A stretch of DNA of 32,000 nt from Horticoccus luteus (GTDB taxonomy: Bacteria; Verrucomicrobiota; Verrucomicrobiia; Opitutales; Opitutaceae): contig NZ_CP080507.1 of the NCBI RefSeq assembly GCF_019464535.1, positions 2,670,001 through 2,702,000 of the forward strand, read 5' to 3'. Of this stretch, positions 8,816-17,029 are shown one piece after another; the stretch's first letter is position 1; every line of letters begins with the position of its first letter. Below the pieces are notes generated by a model. It searched no databases. It was not told the DNA's origin and saw only the letters and a list, made by a program, of their open reading frames with translations. Both the position numbers and the translations under genes were made by a program.

Positions 8816-11059
8816 ATGAATCAGAAACACTCCGTTACCGTCCCGGGCCTCGGCCTGACGTTCTCCACCGGCACCATTGCCAACCTCGCCAACGGCGCGG
8901 TCACCGTCACCGTCGGCGAGACCAACGTCTTCGTCGCCGCCACCGCCGCCCAGACCATGCGTCCGGGTCAGGACTTCTTCCCGCTCACGGTCGACTACCG
9001 CGAAAAATACTCCGCCGCCGGCCGCTTTCCGGGCGGTTATTTCAAGCGCGAAGGCCGTCCGTCCGAGAAGGAAATTCTCACCTCGCGCCTCTGCGATCGC
9101 CCCTGCCGCCCGCTTTTCCCGGAAGGCTTCCTCAACGAAGTCCAGATCATCGGCCTGCTCCTCTCCGCCGACCAGATCCACGAGTCCGACATCCTCATGG
9201 TCAACGGCGCCAGCGCCGCTCTCGCCATCTCGGACATCCCCTGGGCCGGCCCGATCGCCTGCGTGCGCGTCGCCCTCATCGACGGCCAGTTCGTCGCCAA
9301 TCCCACGATTGAGCAGATGTTCTCCTCCCGCCTCGATCTCATCTACGTCGGCACCGAGAAAAACATGCTGATGATCGAAGGCTCTGCCGATCAGCTCCCC
9401 GAAGACGAATTCGTCAACGCCCTGGAATTCGGCCACCAAGCCATCCAGCCGATCATCGCCGCCATCAAGCAACTCGTCGCCGTCGCGGGCAAACCCAAGG
9501 CCACCTTCGCGCTCGTCGGCGCCACCCCCGAGGCCCGCGCCATCATCGAGCGCGTCGTCCCCGCCGACCGCCTCGCGACCGCCATCTTCGGCAAGGAAAA
9601 GGCCGCCCGCAGCGCCGCCGTGAAACTCCTCAAGGAAGAAGCCAAGGCCGCCCTCACCGCCGAACTCGGCGAAGGCAAGTTCACCGATGTCGACCTCAAC
9701 GTCGTCTTCGAAGACCTCCAATACAAAGCCTACCGCAAAACCGTCCTCGAGCGCGGCGTCCGCGCCGATGGCCGCGATGCCAAAACCATCCGCCCCCTCG
9801 GTTGCGAAGTCGGCGTCCTCCCCCGCGTGCACGGCTCCGCCATGTTCCAACGCGGCGACACCCAGAGCATCGTCATCACCACCCTCGGGCCGACCAAGGA
9901 AGCCCAGGACCTCGACGCCCTCACCGGCGGCGCCAAGTCCAAGAGCTTCATCCTGCACTATAATTTCCCGCCGTTCTCCGTCGGTGAAACCGGCCGCTTC
10001 ATCGGCCCCGGCCGCCGCGAAATCGGCCACGGCGCCCTCGCCGAACGCTCCCTCGTTCCGATCCTCCCGCCTGAAGACGTCTTCCCGTATTCGATCCGCG
10101 TCGTCTCGGAAATCATGGCCTCCAACGGCTCCACGTCGATGGCCTCCATCTGCGGCGGCTGTCTCGCGCTCATGGACGCCGGCGTGCCGATCGTCGCCCC
10201 TGTCGCCGGCATCTCCTGCGGCCTCATGACCGAAAACGCCGCCGACGGCTCCATCTCCAAATGGGTCACCATCACCGACATTCTCGGTGAGGAAGATCAC
10301 TTCGGCGACATGGACTTCAAGCTCGCCGGCACCACCGTCGGCATCACCGGCTTCCAACTCGACCTCAAGATCAACGGCCTCCCGTTTGAAATCGCCAAAG
10401 CCGCGATCTTCCAGGCCCGCGATGCCCGCGTGGAAATCCTCCGCGCGATGCTCTCGTCCCTGCCCGCGCCCCGCGCCGACCTCAGCAAATACGCCCCCCG
10501 CATCCAGACGATCCAGATCGATCCCGAAAAGATCGGCCTGCTCATCGGACCCGGTGGCAAGACGATCCGCCGCATCACGGAAACGACCGGTGCGCAGATC
10601 GACATCGCCGAGGATGATTCCGGCAAGGTGTTCGTTTACTCCAACAACGCCGAGGCCATGTCCCGCGCCATTCAGGAAATCGACGGCCTCTGCGGCGGCG
10701 GTTCCGGCGGCGGCGGCGGTGGCGCCCAGATCGAAATGGGCCAGATCTACACCGGCCGCGTCACCGGCATTAAAGACTTCGGCTGCTTCGTCGAGTGCCT
10801 CCCCGGCAAGGAAGGCCTCTGCCACATCAGCGAACTCGCCGACTTCCGCGTGCGTCGCACCGACGACGTCGTAAAGATGGGCGATTCCATCACGGTGAAG
10901 TGCATCGGCATCGATGAACGCTCCGGCAAAGTCCGCCTCTCCCGCAAAGCGGCGATGAAGGACCTCGAAGCGCAAAAATCCGCCGAAGCTCCGACCGAGC
11001 CCGCCGCGGCTGCACCCGCCGGCGACGCTCCCGCCGCCTCCGACGCCCCCGCGCAGTAA
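8816..11059 (+). CDS. pnp: Polyribonucleotide nucleotidyltransferase (PNPase)
   Basis: The ATG at 8816 ([19 protein letters not shown]...) is preferred over the track start at 8591. It has two RNase PH domains ([28 protein letters not shown]; [16 protein letters not shown]), a KH domain ([15 protein letters not shown]) and an S1 domain ([16 protein letters not shown]). There is a Gly-rich [10 protein letters not shown] linker before S1 and an Ala/Pro-rich tail. Confidence 0.97.
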   Translation: MNQKHSVTVPGLGLTFSTGTIANLANGAVTVTVGETNVFVAATAAQTMRPGQDFFPLTVDYREKYSAAGRFPGGYFKREGRPSEKEILTSRLCDRPCRPLFPEGFLNEVQIIGLLLSADQIHESDILMVNGASAALAISDIPWAGPIACVRVALIDGQFVANPTIEQMFSSRLDLIYVGTEKNMLMIEGSADQLPEDEFVNALEFGHQAIQPIIAAIKQLVAVAGKPKATFALVGATPEARAIIERVVPADRLATAIFGKEKAARSAAVKLLKEEAKAALTAELGEGKFTDVDLNVVFEDLQYKAYRKTVLERGVRADGRDAKTIRPLGCEVGVLPRVHGSAMFQRGDTQSIVITTLGPTKEAQDLDALTGGAKSKSFILHYNFPPFSVGETGRFIGPGRREIGHGALAERSLVPILPPEDVFPYSIRVVSEIMASNGSTSMASICGGCLALMDAGVPIVAPVAGISCGLMTENAADGSISKWVTITDILGEEDHFGDMDFKLAGTTVGITGFQLDLKINGLPFEIAKAAIFQARDARVEILRAMLSSLPAPRADLSKYAPRIQTIQIDPEKIGLLIGPGGKTIRRITETTGAQIDIAEDDSGKVFVYSNNAEAMSRAIQEIDGLCGGGSGGGGGGAQIEMGQIYTGRVTGIKDFGCFVECLPGKEGLCHISELADFRVRRTDDVVKMGDSITVKCIGIDERSGKVRLSRKAAMKDLEAQKSAEAPTEPAAAAPAGDAPAASDAPAQ

Positions 11060-11100
11060 TCCTCCGCCGACGCGCTCCTCCGAGCGCTTCCCACCTCATC

Positions 11101-11135
11101 AAAAGCCGCGACGCCTCCCCGTCGCGGCTTTTTTG
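11101..11135 (+). terminator. Rho-independent terminator after pnp
   Basis: AAAAGCCGCGAC - loop GCCTCCCC - GTCGCGGCTTTTTT. A 9-bp GC stem is flanked by an A-tract and a T-tract. Confidence 0.8.
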
Positions 11136-11251
11136 CGCCCACCCGGCGTCAGCACTGACCTCCGCCCGTGACCGGCATTCCCGCCCTGTGCGCCGCCCGT
11201 AGTAGACCGCGTGAGCGTAGAGCCGTCCCGTCCGCCCCGCCTTCTTCCCGC

Positions 11252-11326
11252 ATCCCTGTGGGCCGGGTGCCCTCACCCGGCATCCCATCCCTGTGGGCCG
11301 GGTGCCCTCACCCGGCATCCTATCCG
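11252..11326. repeat. 35-bp tandem repeat (2 full copies plus degenerate flanking copies), each with an 8-bp hairpin
   Basis: ATCCCTGTGGGCCGGGTGCCCTCACCCGGCATCC occurs at 11252 and again at 11287. Each unit contains GCCGGGTG-CCCT-CACCCGGC. A degenerate copy lies around 11170-11200. An adjacent short duplication CCTTCAGGTTTC x2 lies at 11343-11376. Confidence 0.8.
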
Positions 11327-11421
11327 CGCCCCTTCTGCTCCCTTCAGGTTTCAAGTTTCAGCCTTCAGGTTTCCCTCCTTCGTCCGTCCTCCGCCCTCCG
11401 CCGTCCACCCGCCCGCCCTCC

Positions 11422-12786
11422 TCACCCCGCATCCAACGGACTCCGCACGCCCAGCCCCGGCTTCTGCATCACATGCGTATAGATCTGCGTCGTCTCCACG
11501 CTCTGGTGGCCGAGTAGTTCCTGCACCGTGCGGATATCGGTGCCCGCCTCCAGCAGATGCGTCGCAAACGAGTGCCGCAGCACATGCGGCGTCACGCGTT
11601 TCGTCATCCCCGCCGCGCCCGCCGCCTTGCGCACCGCATTCTGGAACGTCCCGTCGAGGATATGATGTCGCCGCCGCCGCCCCGTCTCCGGGTCCTGCAT
11701 GAATTCGCGCGACGGCCACAACCACTGCCACTCCCACGTCACCCCCGCCTTGGGATATTTCCGGGCCAGCCCTTCCGGCAACCACACTCCCGGCGCCTCC
11801 GCCGCCCGGTCCTCCGCGAAAATCTCCCGCAGTCGGGCCAGATGAGCCTCCAGTTTTTCCCGCAGCGATTCCGGCAGCACCGTCAGCCGGTCCTTGTCGC
11901 CCTTCCCGCCGTAAACGTTCAATTGTCCGCGCGCCAGATCCAGGTGGTGCACCCGCAGCCGCAGCAGTTCCATCAGCCGCAGTCCACTGCCATACATCAC
12001 CTCCGCCATCAGCCGGTAGCCGCCCGGCAGTTGCTCCAGCACCTGCCGCACCTCCGCCTTGCTCAACACCGTCGGCATCCTCTCCCGGGCCCGCGCGCGC
12101 CGAAAATCCATTTCCCCCAGATCCATCCGCAACGCTTCCTGCATGAAGAACACCAGCGCATTGAGCGCCTGCTTCTGCGTGGACGGCGCTGCGCGCTGCT
12201 CGACGGCCAGCGCCGAGAGAAACGCCGCCACCTCGTCCCCGGAGGCCGTCTCGGGCGAGCGCGGGGCCAGGAACCGCGCGAACCGCGCCGCCCAGGCCCG
12301 ATACGTCTGCTCCGTGCGCCACAAAAATCCCTTGCGCCGGATGGCCGTGATCAACGCGCGCTCCCACTCCGCTCCGCCCTGATCCGCCGCCGCCAGCGGC
12401 GGCACGGCCGGCCTCGCTTCCGGCCCCGACCGCCGCGGGTTATCCGCCGGCCGTTGCGCCCCGACCTCGGGCACCACAAACCCGCGCGCCGCCGGGCGCG
12501 CCTTGCCCGCCGCTCTGGCCGCCTTGAAGAGCCAGGCGAACGCCGCGCGCTCGGCCCGCCGCGCGTTCTCCGTCAAACCAGCACGCGCCAGATGCCAGCG
12601 GATGAAACCCGCCGACAGCGGCCGGCCCGTGGCTTTGCAAGCTCGCAACAATCCTAAAATTGCCCTGACATGCGCCTGCTTCACCTCCGCCGACCATGCG
12701 CTCGCCCCGTTCAACACTTCGCGCCACTCCGGAAATGACACGATTTCGTCCAGATTTTGCTCTGTGCGCTCGCCGGCTAAAGCCAT
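11422..12786 (-). CDS. intI: Integron integrase (IntI family) with an N-terminal extension of about 125 aa
   Basis: The C-terminal two thirds align by eye to IntI1, including the IntI-specific insertion: GVWLPEGLARKYPKAGVTWEWQWLWPS...DPETGRRRRHHILDGTFQNAVRKAAGAAGMTKRVTPHVLRHSFATHLLEAGTDIRTVQELLGHQSVETTQIYTHVMQKPGLGVRSPLD. For comparison, IntI1 reads [24 protein letters not shown]...[21 protein letters not shown]...HTLRHSFATALL...[22 protein letters not shown]...GVRSPLD. The ATG at 12786 is chosen; a TTG at 12885 is the longest alternative. Confidence 0.92.
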   Translation of the reverse strand: MALAGERTEQNLDEIVSFPEWREVLNGASAWSAEVKQAHVRAILGLLRACKATGRPLSAGFIRWHLARAGLTENARRAERAAFAWLFKAARAAGKARPAARGFVVPEVGAQRPADNPRRSGPEARPAVPPLAAADQGGAEWERALITAIRRKGFLWRTEQTYRAWAARFARFLAPRSPETASGDEVAAFLSALAVEQRAAPSTQKQALNALVFFMQEALRMDLGEMDFRRARARERMPTVLSKAEVRQVLEQLPGGYRLMAEVMYGSGLRLMELLRLRVHHLDLARGQLNVYGGKGDKDRLTVLPESLREKLEAHLARLREIFAEDRAAEAPGVWLPEGLARKYPKAGVTWEWQWLWPSREFMQDPETGRRRRHHILDGTFQNAVRKAAGAAGMTKRVTPHVLRHSFATHLLEAGTDIRTVQELLGHQSVETTQIYTHVMQKPGLGVRSPLDAG

Positions 12787-12886
12787 ACTGCCAGTGTGGC
12801 TTTTGCGCGGCCCCGAGCAATCCGATTCCCAAGGTTTCGCCGCCGACCGATCGCCGTCGCATGAAATCAAGCCACGACGCCACAAC

Positions 12887-12984
12887 GGCTAACCGAGTTT
12901 CCGTTCCCCACCTCAACTGCAACCCCCGCTCTCGTTCAGTTCTGGCATTGCCACACTGAGTATGGGCGAATAACACTGTTGGGC
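12887..12984 (+). other. attI region with proposed crossover point G|TTGGGC
   Basis: GTTGGGC at 12978-12984 fits GTTRRRY and is the exact complement of the R'' box of the first cassette (13290-13296). An imperfect direct repeat TGGGCGAA lies at 12963-12970 and 12980-12987. R-box-like heptamers GGCTAAC (12887-12893) and GAATAAC (12968-12974) lie upstream. The extent of attI is a guess. Confidence 0.55.
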
Positions 12985-12994
12985 GAAGAAAGAT

Positions 12995-13261
12995 ATGGAG
13001 CATCGAAACCCCCAGACCGACGCAGAGTGGTTTGAGCACCGCCTAGCACGGTATCGCACGATGTCTGAGGCGCAGATTCTAGCCGAAAGGAAGGGCTGGA
13101 AGATTGGCACGATGGGTTACGAGGCAGCACAGAAGGCGCTATCCGAGCTTCGAGAGAAGAGTGCTCCGAAGTGGTCGATAGACCGGCGGCTTGTCGTGCT
13201 TGGCGTTGTCGTCGCTCTGCTCGGTGTCGCCTCCACATTAGTATGTAGCCTGCGGCCATGA
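12995..13261 (+). CDS. Cassette 1 ORF: 88-aa hypothetical protein with a C-terminal TM anchor
   Basis: The ATG lies 16 nt after the cassette start. The N-terminal part is hydrophilic and helical, followed by LVVLGVVVALLGVASTLVC near the C-terminus. I recognise no homology. Confidence 0.6.
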   Translation: MEHRNPQTDAEWFEHRLARYRTMSEAQILAERKGWKIGTMGYEAAQKALSELREKSAPKWSIDRRLVVLGVVVALLGVASTLVCSLRP

Positions 13262-13289
13262 TTAAGATTCCACTCCGAACCAAAAGGGA

Positions 13290-13388
13290 GCCCAACAAGC
13301 CGCCACAGACAAGGAGGGCCAGCGGACCTTTTGACATGAAATCGAGCATCATTTGGATGGCCCTCCTGTCTGAGCTTTGACGATGGGC
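13290..13388 (+). other. attC of cassette 1 (99 nt)
   Basis: R'' is GCCCAAC (13290-96). A 9-nt spacer is followed by the left arm CAGACA-A-GGAGGGCC (13306-20), which pairs with GGCCCTCCTGTCTG (13359-72) and leaves A13311 bulged. A second 9-nt spacer AGCTTTGAC is followed by G|ATGGGC (13382-88). Confidence 0.8.
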
Positions 13389-13399
13389 AGAAGAAAGAA

Positions 13400-14110
13400 A
13401 TGAAAACTAGACATTTGCTCCTCCTCTCCTGCCTTTTGCTCGCAGGTTGCGTTGTCGTCCAGAACGACCCGCGTGCTGATCCGCGCCTGAAATCGGTCGA
13501 CCAATTGCCGATGTATGGAGGCATGGATCGCAGCCTCGTTCCTGAGCTCAAGAAAGGTGATGAGGCGTTCATCGAAAGCACCGCATCAGCATTCGGAGGT
13601 CGCGAAAGAGCCGCGAAGCGGTGGGTCGACCAAGCTTTCGCATTCTACAATCACAATGATCTAGATATGGCGATGCGGCGCTTCAATCAAGCGTGGCTTC
13701 TCGATCCGAAGAATCCAGAGGTCTATTGGGGATTCGGCGCGGTGCTGCATGACCGCGGATTGGCTTTCGGCGCCTATGATATGGAAATACGGGCCTACAA
13801 ATTGGGTTTTCGAGATCCTGGCTTCTTAGCGGATCTAGGTCGCGTTGCGGCACTCCGCACCGTCGAAGCGAAGGATCTGTCGCCTGAGCAGCGCGCTGCG
13901 TTTATCGCAGAGTCGGAATCCTACTATGAAGATGCGATCAAGAGCGGCGAAAAGCTCGGTTACATCTACGATAGCTGGGCTACCGCAAAATACTGGGTCG
14001 GCGATTATTCAGGTGCATGGGCGAAGATTAAAATCGCAAGATCCCATGGAGCTGGCGCGAAAGATCAGTTCCTTTCGATGCTTGCGCAGAAGATGCCGGA
14101 GCCAAAATGA
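13400..14110 (+). CDS. Cassette 2 ORF: 236-aa lipoprotein with TPR-like repeats
   Basis: It has the lipoprotein signal MKTRHLLLLSCLLLAGC (LAGC lipobox). Helical repeats (AFAFYNHNDLDMAMRRFNQAWLLDPKNPEVYWGFGAVL...) follow. The ATG lies 17 nt after the cassette start. Confidence 0.75.
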   Translation: MKTRHLLLLSCLLLAGCVVVQNDPRADPRLKSVDQLPMYGGMDRSLVPELKKGDEAFIESTASAFGGRERAAKRWVDQAFAFYNHNDLDMAMRRFNQAWLLDPKNPEVYWGFGAVLHDRGLAFGAYDMEIRAYKLGFRDPGFLADLGRVAALRTVEAKDLSPEQRAAFIAESESYYEDAIKSGEKLGYIYDSWATAKYWVGDYSGAWAKIKIARSHGAGAKDQFLSMLAQKMPEPK

Positions 14111-14115
14111 AGAAG

Positions 14116-14181
14116 GCCCATCCAGTCGGCACAGACAACTCCGGGGCTGCGCCCCGTCGTGTCTGACCTCAATCGTTAGCC
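14116..14181 (+). other. attC of cassette 2 (66 nt)
   Basis: R'' is GCCCATC (14116-22). After a 9-nt spacer, CAGACA (14132-37) plus a bulged A pairs with TGTCTG (14160-65). The inner stem is CGGGGC/GCCCCG. A second 9-nt spacer is followed by G|TTAGCC (14175-81). The architecture and spacing match attC1. Confidence 0.8.
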
Positions 14182-14197
14182 AAAAAAGACTTTCCGT

Positions 14198-14560
14198 ATG
14201 AAATCCAGCATCCTTCTGTTCTTAACGATCGTGTCGGTGACCTTCGCCCAGAATTCCACGCCGACCGCGTCTCCTGCGGTTCTAAAGACGGAGAATGGTC
14301 GCTACGTCTTCGGCCAGATTGGCCCCGCGCGGGCTGATCAATTTCTGCTCGATACCCAAACTGGTCGGCTTTGGCAGGTGGTAGTCGACAAGGAAGGAAG
14401 GCAGAAGCTTCAGCCTGTTCCCATTATCCAGATTTTGGGCGACGAAGCATATATTCCGGAAACCGATGGCGAAGTCGCGGCGTTTCGAAAGATGATGAGG
14501 CAACGCACCCTGGATGAGCTGCAAAAGACGAATGCAGCCGGACCAGCGAACGATAAATAA
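14198..14560 (+). CDS. Cassette 3 ORF: 120-aa secreted hypothetical protein
   Basis: It has the signal peptide MKSSILLFLTIVSVTFA|QN. The ATG lies 22 nt after the cassette start, and the stop lies 3 nt before the R'' box. Confidence 0.7.
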   Translation: MKSSILLFLTIVSVTFAQNSTPTASPAVLKTENGRYVFGQIGPARADQFLLDTQTGRLWQVVVDKEGRQKLQPVPIIQILGDEAYIPETDGEVAAFRKMMRQRTLDELQKTNAAGPANDK

Positions 14561-14563
14561 GGA

Positions 14564-14618
14564 GGCTAACTCTGAGCGTTCTGCTGCGCCGTAGCGCGCA
14601 GCGGGACGCGGGTTGAAC
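14564..14618 (+). other. attC of cassette 3 (55 nt, short class)
   Basis: R'' is GGCTAAC (14564-70). The stem GCGTTCTGCTGCGC / GCGCAGCGGGACGC includes G-T pairs around a CGTAGC loop, followed by G|TTGAAC (14612-18). It is nearly identical to 19040-19094. Confidence 0.75.
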
Positions 14619-14986
14619 AAGCCCGTTTCGGAGGCGTCTGCGGTTCCGTCCGCCGCTTATGCGTTTTGTATTGGCCGCCAACCGCCGACGGGCGGAGCGC
14701 CGGACGGCGGCATCCTTCGCCGCGCGCGGGCGCGCGTGCCGGTGGCGTCTGTTTTCGCCCGCCGAGAGGGAATCCGCCGCCCGTCGCCGGGGTCGCGAGC
14801 CGTCTTGCGTCCGTCGCGACCAAGGCTTCCGCCGGCGACACGGGGCGCGAGTCGCAATAATATAATAAGTTGGTTCCTGATTTTTATACTCATCGCTGGC
14901 AGAGGGGCGGCGCCCGGGCCTGCCGCGGCAGCGTGCCCACGCGCACGAGCGTGAACCGTTCGCAGTGCGGGCAGCGCAAGTGCCAG
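14567..14986. repeat. Copy A of a ~420-bp direct repeat (partner 19043-19462)
   Basis: My hand alignment gives about 38 substitutions and no indels (roughly 90 percent identity). The repeat covers the attC, about 277 nt of non-coding sequence including a conserved AT-rich island (CAATAATATAATAAGTTGG...TTATACTCAT), and the last ~30 codons of the IS91-family transposase. Confidence 0.85.
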
Positions 14987-16060
14987 CGCGGCGCCTCCGG
15001 CGGCGGTTCCGCGAGCACGATCGGCTTTTGCAGCAGCGTTTGTGTCCGTTGGCGCCCCGAGGGCACCCGCCACCGGCCAGCCCTTCGGGCCAACGCCTGC
15101 GGCGTTGCCATCTCCGCGCTGTCGCGCTACGTCCACCGTCATCCGGCGGCCCTGCGCCGCCGGGTGTAACCAGCCGAAGTAACGCACGCGATGCTGGCCG
15201 GCCGGCGGCACGTGCTGCAAATACCGCCGCAGGAACTCTTCGGCGCCGAGCGTGCACTGCCGCCGCTGCTGGGTCTTCGTGTCGGTATAGTTAAACACCA
15301 CGCGCTCGTCGTCGGCGGCGACGAGGCGCTCGTCGCTGATCGCGGTGCGGCTGACGTAGCGCGCGAGATAGCGCACGACCGCCTCGCCGCTGCCGGCCGG
15401 CTGGCAGTGCACGACCCAACGGCTCCGCCACGTGCCGGCCGGAATCGAAGCGTGCCGCGCCGGAGCGCTCGCGCGCAGCACCGCCTCCATCCGCCCGCGA
15501 AACACCGCCGCCAGCTTCGCCACCGGCAGCAGCCAGTCGCGTTGCCGCGCGTTCAACCATTTTTTGCCGTCGGGGCTGAGCCCGCCGCCGGGCACGATAT
15601 AATGCACGTGCGGATGATGCTGGAGCTGCCGGCCCCAGGTGTGCAGCACGCCGACGAAGCCGAGTTCCGCACCGAGCAACCGCCGCTCCGCCGCGACTTG
15701 TTGCAACGTCGCCGCGCTCTCGCGGAAGAGCCGGTCGTGCATCAACGCCGGCTCGGCGGCGAAGACCGCGCGCAGTTCCTCCGGCACGGTGAACGTCACC
15801 AAAAAATACGGCACCGGCAGCAGCCGCGCCTCCTGCTGCGCCGTCCACGCCGCGGTGCGCTCGCCGCCGCAGCGCGGACACGCGCGGTGGTGGCAGCTGT
15901 GATACGCGAAGTCCGTGCCCGCGCAATCCGTGCAGCGATACACATGCCCGCCCAAGGCGGGCGTGCGGCAGCGGCGGATCGCTGCGAGCGCGCGCCGCGC
16001 CCGCGGCGCGCAACGCTCCGGCACGCGGACGCGCGCCAGCCAGTCGGCGAGGACCGGCAC
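14890..16060 (-). CDS. IS91-family (HUH / Y2 rolling-circle) transposase, apparently frameshifted near 15100-15140
   Basis: It has an N-terminal zinc-binding block YRCTDCAGTDFAYHSCHHRACPRCG, the HUH motif HHPHVHYIVPGGG, and the twin tyrosines RYLARYVSRTAIS. After ...RVRYFGWLHPAAQ the listed frame becomes Ala/Arg/Gly-rich junk that runs on to 14657. The expected C-terminal zinc ribbon (WHLRCPHCERFTLVRVGTLP, stop at 14890) lies in another frame. The combined length of about 390 aa is family-typical. The GTG start is 3 nt after the recombinase stop. Confidence 0.75.
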
Positions 16061-16063
16061 CGG

Positions 16064-17029
16064 TCAGCGTGGTTCGAGCAACCGCGCGACCGCCGCGCGA
16101 GCGTGGCTCTCGTTGACCGCCGTCAGATGCGTATAGATCAGCGTCGTCTCCAGCGAAGCGTGCCCCAGATACGCCGAGATCAGCCGGATCGACACGCCCT
16201 CCTCGAGCAGATGCGTCGCATACGAATGCCGCAGCGTATGCACCACCGTGCCCGCCGGCAGCCGCGCCTCGGCCCGCGCCAGCCGCAGGCAATGCTGCAC
16301 CGAGCCCACGCCCAGCGGCTCGACGGCGGCGGCCAGTTGCGCCGCGCGCGCCGGTTGCTCGCGCCAGCCGCGGCCGACCCCCGGGAAAATCCACCGCGGA
16401 TGCCGGTGCGTCCGCCAGAACGCGCGCAACTCGTGCAACATCGCCTCCGGCAGCGGCACGTAGCGCTCCTTGTTGCCCTTCGCCTCGCGGATATGCACGC
16501 GGCCCGCTTCGCGCAGATCGCGCACCTCCAGGTTGACCGCCTCGCCGATGCGCAATCCGCACGCGTAGATCAACCGCAGCAGTGTGCGGAAACGCAACTC
16601 GCGCACCACCGCGAACAGCCGCGCCATCTCTGCGCGCGTGAGCACGGTGGGAAGTTTTTGCGCTGACGGCGAACGCACCAGGTCGAACAGCTTCCAGTCG
16701 CGCCCGAGGTGCACGCCGAAGTAAGCCCGCATCGCCGCCACTGCGGTTCGCATCGACGAGGGCGAGTAGTGGTGTTCGTCCTTCAACCGCAGCAGATGCG
16801 CGCGGACCGCGGCCTCATCGAGCGCGGCCGGATCGCCCCCGTGGCGCGCCGCCAGCTTGCGGACAAACCGCAGATACTCGGCCTGCGTCGCCGCCGCCAG
16901 CGAACGCAGCCGCATCGTCTCCGCGAAACGCTGCACCGACTCCGGATCGGGTGCGTGGATCTTCCTGGCGCCACCCCGGAGCGTGGACGCGTGCGTGGAC
17001 TCTCTTCCCGTCGATTTTGATTTGGGCAT
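16064..17029 (-). CDS. Tyrosine recombinase / phage-integrase family protein, co-transcribed with the IS91-family transposase
   Basis: 321 aa. It has a SAM-like N-domain ([17 protein letters not shown]) and the catalytic blocks [27 protein letters not shown] and [14 protein letters not shown]. It lacks the IntI-specific insertion, so it is not a second IntI. Confidence 0.9.
   Translation of the reverse strand: MPKSKSTGRESTHASTLRGGARKIHAPDPESVQRFAETMRLRSLAAATQAEYLRFVRKLAARHGGDPAALDEAAVRAHLLRLKDEHHYSPSSMRTAVAAMRAYFGVHLGRDWKLFDLVRSPSAQKLPTVLTRAEMARLFAVVRELRFRTLLRLIYACGLRIGEAVNLEVRDLREAGRVHIREAKGNKERYVPLPEAMLHELRAFWRTHRHPRWIFPGVGRGWREQPARAAQLAAAVEPLGVGSVQHCLRLARAEARLPAGTVVHTLRHSYATHLLEEGVSIRLISAYLGHASLETTLIYTHLTAVNESHARAAVARLLEPR

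Noticed and set aside
11252-11326. CRISPR array.
   Set aside because: The 35-bp units are directly adjacent with no spacers, there are only about two good copies, and no cas genes are present.
14567-14620. Reading the repeated hairpin at 14567-14618 and 19043-19094 as the oriIS end of the IS91-family element inserted next to a GTTC-type target, rather than as attC sites.
   Set aside because: The four bases just outside the repeat (GGCT at 14564-67, GCCG at 19040-43) complete R'' boxes that are exact complements of the starts of cassettes 3 and 5. Only the attC interpretation predicts this. The idea is not fully excluded, because the element ends also look like inverted repeats.
14657-14889. 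The C-terminal ~150 aa of the track ORF 14657-16060 as real transposase sequence.
   Set aside because: After the catalytic domain the frame becomes Ala/Arg/Gly-rich with no motifs. The expected zinc ribbon lies in another frame and ends at 14890.
14613-14954. ORFs starting exactly at the unit start (TTG; MNKPVSEAS..., 14613-14954 and 19089-19430) as the cargo of the unit.
   Set aside because: They are Arg/Pro/Ala-rich and overlap the transposase 3' end on the other strand. The differences between the two copies are mostly non-synonymous, so this is probably not a gene.
16064-17029. A second integron integrase.
   Set aside because: The tyrosine recombinase lacks the IntI-specific insertion (the ..KYP.A...W.W...P segment) and pairs with the IS91-family transposase instead.
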